From assembly GCA_035628215.1 (NCBI GenBank), contig DASPKG010000054.1:1-35497 (forward strand): a stretch of 35,497 nucleotides of DNA. The letters are read 5' to 3'. How positions within the stretch are numbered: position 1 is the stretch's first letter; every line of letters begins with the position of its first letter. Of the stretch, positions 16,718-23,381 are shown piece after piece. Position numbers and translations under genes: made by a program. Source of the stretch: Minisyncoccota bacterium. Lineage in GTDB: Bacteria; Patescibacteriota; Minisyncoccia; Phycocordibacterales; Phycocordibacteraceae. The notes under the pieces were generated by a model. The model was given only the letters and a program-made list of their open reading frames with translations. It searched no databases and was not told where the DNA came from.

Positions 16718-16792
16718 CAACTTGACACCTTTTGCTTTTATATGCACAGACAGCGATGAGCGCTGATCAAACAACCTCATGGAGGACTTGGT

Positions 16793-17473
16793 ATGCGTAT
16801 CACGCTTGCTCTTCTTCTTTCGGCGATGCTTCTCGGGTCCGCCCAGAACGCCCTCGCCGACTGTACCGACACCCTCTACGGGAAGGCCGCGAGCGGTTAC
16901 ATCCTGAAGGACGTCGGCGCGGAGGCTTCCGACCAGCCGGTCGTCCAGGGCGGCGCGACCCGCACCTGCGGCAGACTCTCCTACGACCTGTGGGTGAGCG
17001 GCGGTCTGGCGGGCGACACCGCGAACGAGATCGACCTATCCGTCTACTACGACGACCAGGTCGGTCCCCTGAAGGTCCAGCTAGCGGCACAGTACTTTTT
17101 CGTCAGCCTCGACGACTCCCTCGGCGAGCCGAAGGACGACATCGTCGCGGGCTACGCGGACCTGAGCCTTCCCGTCACGCGCGGCAGGCTCACGATCGCG
17201 CCCCTGGTGCGGTTCGTGCAGCTCGTCGGCGTGAAGGACCTGCCGAACGAGGGCATCGTGCAGCCCGGCGTGCGTGGATCTTTCGCGCTCGACGATCGTA
17301 CGACGCTGTCGGCCGACATCCGGCATCCGATCAGCTCGCGCGGCTACTCGTTCTTCCGGGTCACCACGTCGCTGTCGCGCCAGGTCACCGAACGCTTCGC
17401 GGCGCAGGCGGGCTGGGAGGACACGGATCAGACGCCTTCGGTCTTCTGGTTCGGCGGCAAGTACAACTTTTAG
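16793..17473 (+). CDS. Secreted beta-barrel-like protein resembling the proteobacterial TIGR02001/Gcw_chp outer-membrane family
   Basis: Signal peptide MRITLALLLSAMLLGSAQNALA. Alternating beta-strand pattern. DQPVVQGG...DLWVSGG...NEIDLSVYY resembles the family core as I recall it. C-terminal aromatic ...GGKYNF. GGAGG lies 7 nt before the ATG. Confidence 0.5.
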   Translation: MRITLALLLSAMLLGSAQNALADCTDTLYGKAASGYILKDVGAEASDQPVVQGGATRTCGRLSYDLWVSGGLAGDTANEIDLSVYYDDQVGPLKVQLAAQYFFVSLDDSLGEPKDDIVAGYADLSLPVTRGRLTIAPLVRFVQLVGVKDLPNEGIVQPGVRGSFALDDRTTLSADIRHPISSRGYSFFRVTTSLSRQVTERFAAQAGWEDTDQTPSVFWFGGKYNF

Positions 17474-17554
17474 GGAGAAAGGAGCATTCCGGGGCGATAC
17501 ATCGCCCCTCCCATTCAGGTGCGGATATGTTCCGCACCTGATAGGAGAAAAATC
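17473..17554 (+). promoter_or_regulatory. Structured 5' leader, copy 1 (two hairpins, SD-sequestering), a candidate riboswitch-like element
   Basis: P1 is 17491-97/17502-08 (7 bp). The conserved linker is TCGCCCCTCCCATTCAG. P2 is 17515-25/17531-41 (11 bp). CUCC 17508-11 can pair with SD GGAG 17544-47, and upstream GGGAG/GGAG 17473-84 are possible competitors. Confidence 0.5.
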
Positions 17555-17692
17555 ATGCGCGTGTTCTTTCAAGAACTCAAAGAGATTGGTCAGGAAAACA
17601 ACTGCTGGGTGTGCGGCGCCCTATACGTCCTCATGCAGGTTGGCATGATCGCCCTTGGTATATGGGCCGCAGCTAACCGCATATGCCCATAG
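17555..17692 (+). CDS. Unannotated 45-aa ORF: amphipathic N-terminus, CxxC, one TM helix
   Basis: My own translation: MRVFFQELKEIGQENNCWVCGALYVLMQVGMIALGIWAAANRICP*. AGGAG lies 7 nt before the ATG. The stop is followed at once by the GGAGAGG SD of the methyltransferase. Confidence 0.35.
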   Translation: MRVFFQELKEIGQENNCWVCGALYVLMQVGMIALGIWAAANRICP

Positions 17693-17702
17693 GAGAGGTG
17701 AT

Positions 17703-18416
17703 ATGGAAACTGGACACCGTTTCGCCGGGAAATTGAGCGAAGACTACGATCTGGTGCGGGTCATGATTCCGCACTACGACGAACACCAGGACACGATCCA
17801 CACGGCGATCGAGGCATTTGCGCTCACGCACACGCCGATCGAGATTCTGCCGACCATCGATATCGGGTGCGGTACCGGCTTCACGGCCGAGCGCATTCTC
17901 GATGCCGATCCGCGCACCACGCTCATCGCCATCGACAACGAACCTGCGATGATGGATCAAGCGAGGGTGCGGCTCGAGCGGTTCGGCAATCGTGTCACCT
18001 TTTACGAGATGGACGCGCTTGAGGCGATCGGTCGCCTGCCGGCTCGGAGTGCGGAGATTGTGGCTTCTGGATGCGTTTTGCATAATCTCCCGCACGACTA
18101 TCGGTGGCGCCTGATGCGGAAAATCGGACGTGTGCTGGTGCCTGGCGGGCTCTTCGTGAATGCCGATAAGTTCGGCCTCGACGACCCTATGGAACACATG
18201 CTTCAACTCGCCGAACAGCTCAAGAACATTAGCGTGCTCGACGACATGGGGCGGTCCGATCTACGGGAAGCGTGGCATGCGCATTATCTCGAGGATGAGG
18301 AGATCAACTTCACTGAGAGCGAGCAAAAGGCGTTGCTGCGCGAGTCAGGCTTCTGGGGAATTACCACCATATACCGTAAGCGCCTGGAAGCGACCATTGC
18401 TGCCTTCAAGAAATAA
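17703..18416 (+). CDS. Class I SAM-dependent methyltransferase (CmoA-like layout)
   Basis: YDLVRVMIPHYDEHQDTI... then motif I IDIGCGTGFTAERIL. Start set at ATG 17703 after GGAGAGGTG; the track ORF begins at 17655. Confidence 0.85.
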   Translation: METGHRFAGKLSEDYDLVRVMIPHYDEHQDTIHTAIEAFALTHTPIEILPTIDIGCGTGFTAERILDADPRTTLIAIDNEPAMMDQARVRLERFGNRVTFYEMDALEAIGRLPARSAEIVASGCVLHNLPHDYRWRLMRKIGRVLVPGGLFVNADKFGLDDPMEHMLQLAEQLKNISVLDDMGRSDLREAWHAHYLEDEEINFTESEQKALLRESGFWGITTIYRKRLEATIAAFKK

Positions 18417-18424
18417 GTAGCAGA

Positions 18425-18504
18425 GGGAGCAGCTCTTTACGGGCGACCAAGCGTCGCCCCTCCCATTCAGTCGCGCATGCCTGCGCGACTGATAGGAGCA
18501 AGAT
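18425..18504 (+). promoter_or_regulatory. Structured 5' leader, copy 2 (paralog of 17473-17554)
   Basis: P1 is 18441-47/18453-59. The identical 17-mer TCGCCCCTCCCATTCAG is present. P2 is 18467-77/18482-92 (11 bp), then TA-GGAG (SD 18495-98) and ATG 18505. Three P2 base pairs differ from copy 1 by double compensatory changes. Confidence 0.5.
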
Positions 18505-19206
18505 ATGCATTCCATATACAACAAATCTGCGGAGGATATGAGCGAGGTGCGGAGCAATTCCGTCAATCTTATCGTTGCGTCTACCCCCTATAACGACGGA
18601 ACGGTGTACGGCCAGTTCGTAGACAAGACTTCCCTCGAGCAGTACTGCCAGATGATGGAACGAGTAATCGCTGAATGTGCACGCGTCCTGCATCCAGAAG
18701 GGAGGCTCATCATCGAGGTGGCGGATACTGCGATCGTGCAGGGCCATTTCGTGCAGCTTGCAGCCCTGTGGCAGCAGGCAGCGTTGAGGTCACAGCTGCA
18801 CCTGAGCGAGCGGCATATAAATTTCGTTCAGACCCATAAGGGCAACGAAGATGCGACTCATGGGGACGGATTCATCTCTCCGCCAGTCACGGCGGAGTTG
18901 GATGAAACGCACTCGAACAGCTGCCAGTGGCTTGTGTTCACCAAGAAATCTTCTGAATTCCTGGGTGGGAACATCTACTATCAGAACTACGTATACGATC
19001 TTGAGGAGCACCACTGTCCTTATACGGACGAGTTTTGTAGAACCTTCTTTGAGATTGGGCACTTCAAGTCTGGCGACACGGTACTGGAAGTGTTCATGGG
19101 TACTGCCACGCTGGGCCTACACGTATTAGAGCGAGAGGGTATATACATCGGTTACGAAATTGACTCGATCATATTCGCGCGCGCCCAACAGCGGCTTGCT
19201 CGATAA
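18505..19206 (+). CDS. Beta-class N4/N6 DNA-methyltransferase-like protein with atypical motifs
   Basis: SVNLIVASTPYNDG (motif IV is STPY instead of D/S-PPY) lies near the N-terminus. DTVLEVFMGTATLG (motif I is FMGTA instead of FxGxG) lies near the C-terminus. The order IV..I indicates beta class. No adjacent restriction endonuclease. Confidence 0.7.
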   Translation: MHSIYNKSAEDMSEVRSNSVNLIVASTPYNDGTVYGQFVDKTSLEQYCQMMERVIAECARVLHPEGRLIIEVADTAIVQGHFVQLAALWQQAALRSQLHLSERHINFVQTHKGNEDATHGDGFISPPVTAELDETHSNSCQWLVFTKKSSEFLGGNIYYQNYVYDLEEHHCPYTDEFCRTFFEIGHFKSGDTVLEVFMGTATLGLHVLEREGIYIGYEIDSIIFARAQQRLAR

Positions 19207-19226
19207 TCGAGATCCGTGATCACCTA

Positions 19227-19256
19227 GCCGCGCCTACTCGGCGCGGTCTTCTTTTC
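19227..19256 (+). terminator. Terminator hairpin for the methyltransferase cassette, overlapping the 3' end of rarA
   Basis: CCGCGCC-tactc-GGCGCGG (19228-46) followed by TCTTCTTTTC. Confidence 0.55.
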
Positions 19257-20391
19257 TGAAATACTTCCTATCCTTCAGCTTCTCCGGCATATAACTCTCC
19301 GTGTCGTATCGCTTGTATCCCTTCTTGTACCCGAGGTCCTTCATGAGCTTCGTGGGCGCATTCCGGATCTTCTTCGGAATCGGAAGGTTGCCATGCCGGC
19401 GCACGTCTCCCTGCGCTTCACCGAGTGCCTCATATGCCGACTTATCCTTCGCTGCGTTCGAAAGATAGGCGACCCCATGCGCGAGATTGATGGCGCACTC
19501 AGGATACCCGATCACTTCACAGGCGCGGAAGACCGCGTTTGCGACCACCAAGGCCGTCGGTTGCGCGAGCCCGATATCCTCCGAGGCAAAGATGACCATC
19601 CTGCGCGCGATGAAGAGTGGGTCCTCCCCCGCCTCCACCATCCGAGCGAGGTAGTACATGGCGGCGTCGGGTTGCGAGGCCCGCATGCTCTTAATGAACG
19701 CGCTGATGGTGTCGTAGTGCTCGTCGCCCTTCTTATCGTAGCGCAGGTGCGGGTCCTCGAGTGCCTTATTGAGCGTATCAACCGATACCTTTCCATAGAG
19801 GGATTTCGCGCCCTCGAGGATGGTGAGCGCCCGGCGGGCGTCGCCATTGGCGTAGCCGAGGAGCCAATCGAACGCGTCGTTGGAAAGCTTGATCTTCGCC
19901 CGAGCGACGATCGCCCGAAGCGATTCCTCTGAAAGTGGTTCGAGTACGAAGACCCGGGCGCGGGAAAGAAGCGCCGGGATGACCTCGAAGGAGGGGTTCT
20001 CGGTCGTCGCACCGATCAACGTCAGCTCCCCGCTTTCGACGTACGGCAAGAGGAAGTCCTGCTGCGCCTTGTTGAAGCGGTGGATCTCGTCGAGGAAGAG
20101 GACCTTGGGGCGCAGCCCCAAGGTCGGGCCCTTCCCCTCCCCGACGATCTTCCGGATATCCTCCTTGCCGGCCGAAACCGCGGAGAGCTCGTAGAGCTCG
20201 GCCGCGAGCGCGCGGGCGTAGATGCGGGCGATGGTGGTCTTACCGGTTCCGGGCGGTCCCCAGAGGATGAAGGAGAACCGGTGCTGCTTCTCGATAGCGA
20301 CCCGGAGCGGCTTATTCTTCCCGACCAAATGCTCCTGGCCCACGAACTCATCGAGGGACTGGGGGCGGATGCGGTTGGCGAGCGGTTCCAT
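19234..20391 (-). CDS. rarA: Replication-associated recombination protein A (AAA+ ATPase MgsA/RarA)
   Basis: [16 protein letters not shown]...[18 protein letters not shown] and the MgsA C-terminal domain. Confidence 0.92.
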   Translation of the reverse strand: MEPLANRIRPQSLDEFVGQEHLVGKNKPLRVAIEKQHRFSFILWGPPGTGKTTIARIYARALAAELYELSAVSAGKEDIRKIVGEGKGPTLGLRPKVLFLDEIHRFNKAQQDFLLPYVESGELTLIGATTENPSFEVIPALLSRARVFVLEPLSEESLRAIVARAKIKLSNDAFDWLLGYANGDARRALTILEGAKSLYGKVSVDTLNKALEDPHLRYDKKGDEHYDTISAFIKSMRASQPDAAMYYLARMVEAGEDPLFIARRMVIFASEDIGLAQPTALVVANAVFRACEVIGYPECAINLAHGVAYLSNAAKDKSAYEALGEAQGDVRRHGNLPIPKKIRNAPTKLMKDLGYKKGYKRYDTESYMPEKLKDRKYFRKEDRAE

Positions 20392-20421
20392 GCCTGAAGC
20401 GTACGCTCGTAGGGATGAAAA

Positions 20422-20745
20422 TCAATGAAGAGTCGGGTGCGGGGGGTGCTGCTGGGTCTCAGCTATCAGCGCATCTAATTCCTCCGGATTAGCCATATTG
20501 ACCGGAAAGTCGTCCCCCTTAGTATCTCGCAATCCACGAAACCGCTGAGCTAGTGTTGCGCCGTCTTCCTCCTTATCCATCCACAATTTAAAGGCCGCAG
20601 AAGGGCTGGGAGCATCGGGAAATGCGCGTATGGCCAGTGCGATCTGAAGTCGTGGGTTATTGAGATCAACCTCAGGCGCGAACGACTCGCCTGAACGAGA
20701 GCGATGTACTTCGTTTTTGCGTGTCGAATCAAGATTACCTTCCAT
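20422..20745 (-). CDS. Hypothetical protein (107 aa), in a low-GC patch
   Basis: Start set at the internal ATG 20745 (MEGNLDSTRKNEV...) of track ORF 20422..20811. It lies downstream of the terminator at 20775-20809. No family recognised. Confidence 0.4.
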   Translation of the reverse strand: MEGNLDSTRKNEVHRSRSGESFAPEVDLNNPRLQIALAIRAFPDAPSPSAAFKLWMDKEEDGATLAQRFRGLRDTKGDDFPVNMANPEELDALIAETQQHPPHPTLH

Positions 20746-20774
20746 AAGGATAAGGATATACCACACACATGCTC

Positions 20775-20809
20775 GAGAAACGAAAGCACCCGCCGAAGCG
20801 GGTGCTTTC
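20775..20809 (-). terminator. Intrinsic terminator after the PG-binding protein gene
   Basis: 12-bp stem GAAAGCACCCGC-ttcg-GCGGGTGCTTTC, followed on the minus strand by GTTTCT. Confidence 0.75.
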
Positions 20810-20825
20810 AAAGGAGTGGGCTGGC

Positions 20826-21749
20826 TTAGTCGTCGATCTCATCGACTGCGTCGTCGGCAAGCTCCTCGGCCTCCTCAGCGTGGTCGATCGCATCGCGGTA
20901 GTCCTTGCGATCGAAGGCATCGAGAGCGTCCTCGTATTCGTCCTCGGCCTCATCGAGGAGGTCCTCGGCATCATCGACGTCCTCACCGTCATCGTCAGCA
21001 TCATCGATCTCCTCCCAGGCGTCATCGATGGCATCGTCCGCCTCCTCGATCGCGCGGCGGGCATTGGCCTCAGATGCGCTCGTGCTCGAGGAACCGATCT
21101 CATCGACGGCATCCTCGGCGTTCTCCTCCGCATCGTCGGCGAAGTCGACCGCGTCATCGTAATCGCCGTCATTGTAGGCGCGGCGGGCCCTCTTCAGGTC
21201 GTCGCGGGCCTCATCAAGGAGGTCCTCGGCGTCACGCACGTTCTTGTTCGCGCGCCTGGCGTCCGAAATGTCATCGCGCGCGTCGTCGATCGCCTCGCGG
21301 GCATCGTCGATCGCCTCGCGGGCGTCCCGACGGTCCGCATCATTGCTGCGATTGCGGTTCGAGTTACGCGTGTCGATGATCGGCGTGTTCGAGAACGGGT
21401 TGGACGGGTTGCCGGCGAGAGCGGAGACACGGAAGACGCCGGTCACCTGCTGGCCGGTCGCCGCCTGCCAACGCGCAACGGCTGCCTGGGTGAGGGGCCC
21501 GAAGCTGTAGCCCTCGCGACCATAGGAGCCAGCGCCGGTGTACGCGACTGGGTAGCCTGACGCGTTGAGGTAGCGCTGGAGGCAGCGCACATCCTCGCCG
21601 AAGGCGCCGAGGAAGAGATCGCGGGTGAAGACGCACTGGGTGGTCTGCGCGAACTGGGCGCTTGCGGTGGGCGCGAAGCCGAGCACGGCAACGGCGCCGA
21701 TCACCGCGGCGAGTACTACCAAACCGATCTTAGAGATTGCATTTAGCAT
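20826..21749 (-). CDS. Secreted peptidoglycan-binding-domain protein with a long acidic D/E/A repeat tail
   Basis: Signal/TM segment MLNAISKIGLVVLAAVIGAVAVLGFAPTASA. PG_binding_1-like region GEDVRCLQRYLNASGYPV...FGPLTQAAVARWQ. About 190 aa of DAREAIDDAREAIDDARDD... including a 21-bp tandem duplication (21281-21322). Confidence 0.7.
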   Translation of the reverse strand: MLNAISKIGLVVLAAVIGAVAVLGFAPTASAQFAQTTQCVFTRDLFLGAFGEDVRCLQRYLNASGYPVAYTGAGSYGREGYSFGPLTQAAVARWQAATGQQVTGVFRVSALAGNPSNPFSNTPIIDTRNSNRNRSNDADRRDAREAIDDAREAIDDARDDISDARRANKNVRDAEDLLDEARDDLKRARRAYNDGDYDDAVDFADDAEENAEDAVDEIGSSSTSASEANARRAIEEADDAIDDAWEEIDDADDDGEDVDDAEDLLDEAEDEYEDALDAFDRKDYRDAIDHAEEAEELADDAVDEIDD

Positions 21750-21835
21750 AGTAAATAAGCCATTTAATAATTGTTTGCCCTGTACCTACTACGGACAATA
21801 CAACAATACGCTGGAGAATCAATGAAGATGAGCTT

Positions 21836-21909
21836 TGGTGCGGGATAGGAGAATCGAACTCCTGCTCTCAGTTTGGAAAACTGATGTTCTACCATTAAAC
21901 TAATCCCGC
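21836..21909 (-). tRNA. tRNA-Gly (anticodon UCC), CCA encoded
   Basis: Hand-folded cloverleaf: GCGGGAT/ATCCCGC acceptor, anticodon arm TCAGT-TTTCCAA-ACTGA, T arm AGGAG-TTCGATT-CTCCT. Confidence 0.9.
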
Positions 21910-21977
21910 TTCGGTAGGCACAATAGCATACCGTACCTCCTCTGTATTTTTAGGAAGCAACAGTGTAGCGTTTAGGT

Positions 21978-23015
21978 ATGCCTGCCCTCCAAGGCGTTCT
22001 CTCCGCCCTCTCGGCGCTCCTTATCACCCTCAATTCCCTATATGGGACTCCGATGAGTAGTACCACCCCCGAGGTGACCGGCATCTTCGGCCCGGCCGCG
22101 ACCTCGAGTGCGCCACTCCCCCCGAAGCGATCTCCCTCTACCCTTGGGCCGCTCCTTCCCCAGGCCCCGGCCATCGGGCTCCCCGGAACCCTTGCGACGC
22201 TTCGGGGCGCCATCGTGAACATTGTCTGTACCTCAAAGGACTCGCGGGTCCGCTCTATGTCCGGCAGCGGGGTCATCTTCGACCCGAAGGGTCTCATCCT
22301 CACGAATAGCCATATCGGGCAGTACTACCTTGTCCGAGACGCGCTCCCTAAGGGCACGATTACCTGCACGATTCGGACCGGGAATCCGGCCCAGACCGCT
22401 TACCGCGCCGAGCCTGTGTATGTCTCGAGCCAGTGGGTGGCCGCTAATCCGCGCACCCTTGTGACCGCAGGGGCAAGCGGCACCGGCGAGCACGATTTCG
22501 CTGTCCTCGCGATCACCGAGAGCGCAACTCCCCTCCCATTGCCGGGCAGTTTCCCCTATATCGCGCTCGGGAAGGGCGTACCCGTGGAGGGCGCTGAGGT
22601 CGCGCTTGGCACCTATGGCGCCCAGTCCCTCTCTTCGCGCCAGATCCAGAATTCTCTCTTCCCCACGCTCGTCACCGCGAAGGTGAGGACCCGCTTCAGC
22701 TTCGATAACGGTCAGATCGACCTCATCGCGCTCACTGGTTCAGCAGCCTCCCAGCAGGGTTCTTCGGGCGGCGCGGTCGCAAACGCAAGCGGCGAGCTCA
22801 TCGGGATCATCACCACGAGCACCCAGACCGGGGAATTCTCGAGCCGCGAGACCCGGGCCGTTACCACAGCTCACATCCGATCGAGCTTCAAGCAGGATAG
22901 TGGCGAGGACTTCGATCGGTACTTCAAGAACGGCTATAAGGCGGACTTCGTTGACGTCTTCACCGACGATTCCGAACGCCTTGGCACCTTCCTCGTGAAG
23001 CAGCTGGACCGCTAA
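21978..23015 (+). CDS. Trypsin-like (S1/S1C-type) serine protease, membrane-anchored
   Basis: Catalytic triad contexts TNSHI, EHDFAVLAI and GSSGGAV. N-terminal hydrophobic anchor. Confidence 0.8.
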   Translation: MPALQGVLSALSALLITLNSLYGTPMSSTTPEVTGIFGPAATSSAPLPPKRSPSTLGPLLPQAPAIGLPGTLATLRGAIVNIVCTSKDSRVRSMSGSGVIFDPKGLILTNSHIGQYYLVRDALPKGTITCTIRTGNPAQTAYRAEPVYVSSQWVAANPRTLVTAGASGTGEHDFAVLAITESATPLPLPGSFPYIALGKGVPVEGAEVALGTYGAQSLSSRQIQNSLFPTLVTAKVRTRFSFDNGQIDLIALTGSAASQQGSSGGAVANASGELIGIITTSTQTGEFSSRETRAVTTAHIRSSFKQDSGEDFDRYFKNGYKADFVDVFTDDSERLGTFLVKQLDR

Positions 23016-23037
23016 TCCGTGCTATTCTCACTCCATT

Positions 23038-23108
23038 CGGGGTGTCGTATACCGGTAGTACGCCTGCTTTGGGAGCAGGTAGACGGAGTTCAATTCTCCG
23101 CACCCCGA
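23038..23108 (+). tRNA. tRNA-Pro (anticodon UGG), CCA not encoded
   Basis: CGGGGTG/CACCCCG acceptor, anticodon arm CCTGC-TTTGGGA-GCAGG, T arm CGGAG-TTCAATT-CTCCG, 4-nt variable loop. Confidence 0.85.
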
Positions 23109-23240
23109 CAAACGAGTGCATAATTGGGTGCTTTAGAAATACCTTGTATTTGCTGAGTTTTTTCGAAGCATGAAGGACAATTCATTGTTTGTCCTATGTC
23201 CTTTATCCCCACTGTCCCCTAGGATGTCCACAGTTATGAA

Positions 23241-23276
23241 CAATGCAAAACGGCCCCTTCGGGCCGTTTTGCATTG
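23241..23276 (-). terminator. 16-bp perfect hairpin downstream of tRNA-Gly(GCC)
   Basis: CAATGCAAAACGGCCC-cttc-GGGCCGTTTTGCATTG. The first two nt on the minus strand are the CA of the tRNA CCA end. Confidence 0.7.
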
Positions 23277-23348
23277 GTGCGGATAGGGAGAATCGAACTC
23301 CCGACTCGTCCTTGGCAAGGACGCGTTTTACCACTAAACCATATCCGC
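23275..23348 (-). tRNA. tRNA-Gly (anticodon GCC), CCA encoded
   Basis: GCGGATA/TATCCGC acceptor, anticodon arm CGTCC-TTGCCAA-GGACG, T arm GGGAG-TTCGATT-CTCCC. Confidence 0.9.
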
Positions 23349-23381
23349 TTCGCGAGGCATCATAGCACAGTTACCTCCCGC

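Noticed and set aside
16732-17541. 269-aa ORF overlapping the beta-barrel gene in another frame
   Set aside because: It is an extremely Arg/Pro/Gly-rich product. The 16793 frame has an SD, a signal peptide and beta-strand periodicity.
17473-18504. The repeated inter-ORF elements as integron attC sites, a MITE or a REP repeat
   Set aside because: There are no R''/R' core sites (RYYYAAC / GTTRRRY) and no intI. The elements are two separate hairpins rather than one long imperfect palindrome. They end precisely in an SD plus start codon, and the stems show compensatory changes. This fits an RNA leader better.
20660-21560. 239-aa and 263-aa plus-strand ORFs (RRHR-rich) opposite the acidic PG-binding gene
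   Set aside because: They are mirror images of the D/E/A repeat, giving R/H/S runs. The minus-strand gene has a signal peptide, a PG-binding domain and a terminator.
23133-23318. 61-aa ORF between tRNA-Pro and tRNA-Gly
   Set aside because: It overlaps tRNA-Gly(GCC) and the terminator hairpin, and it has no start context.
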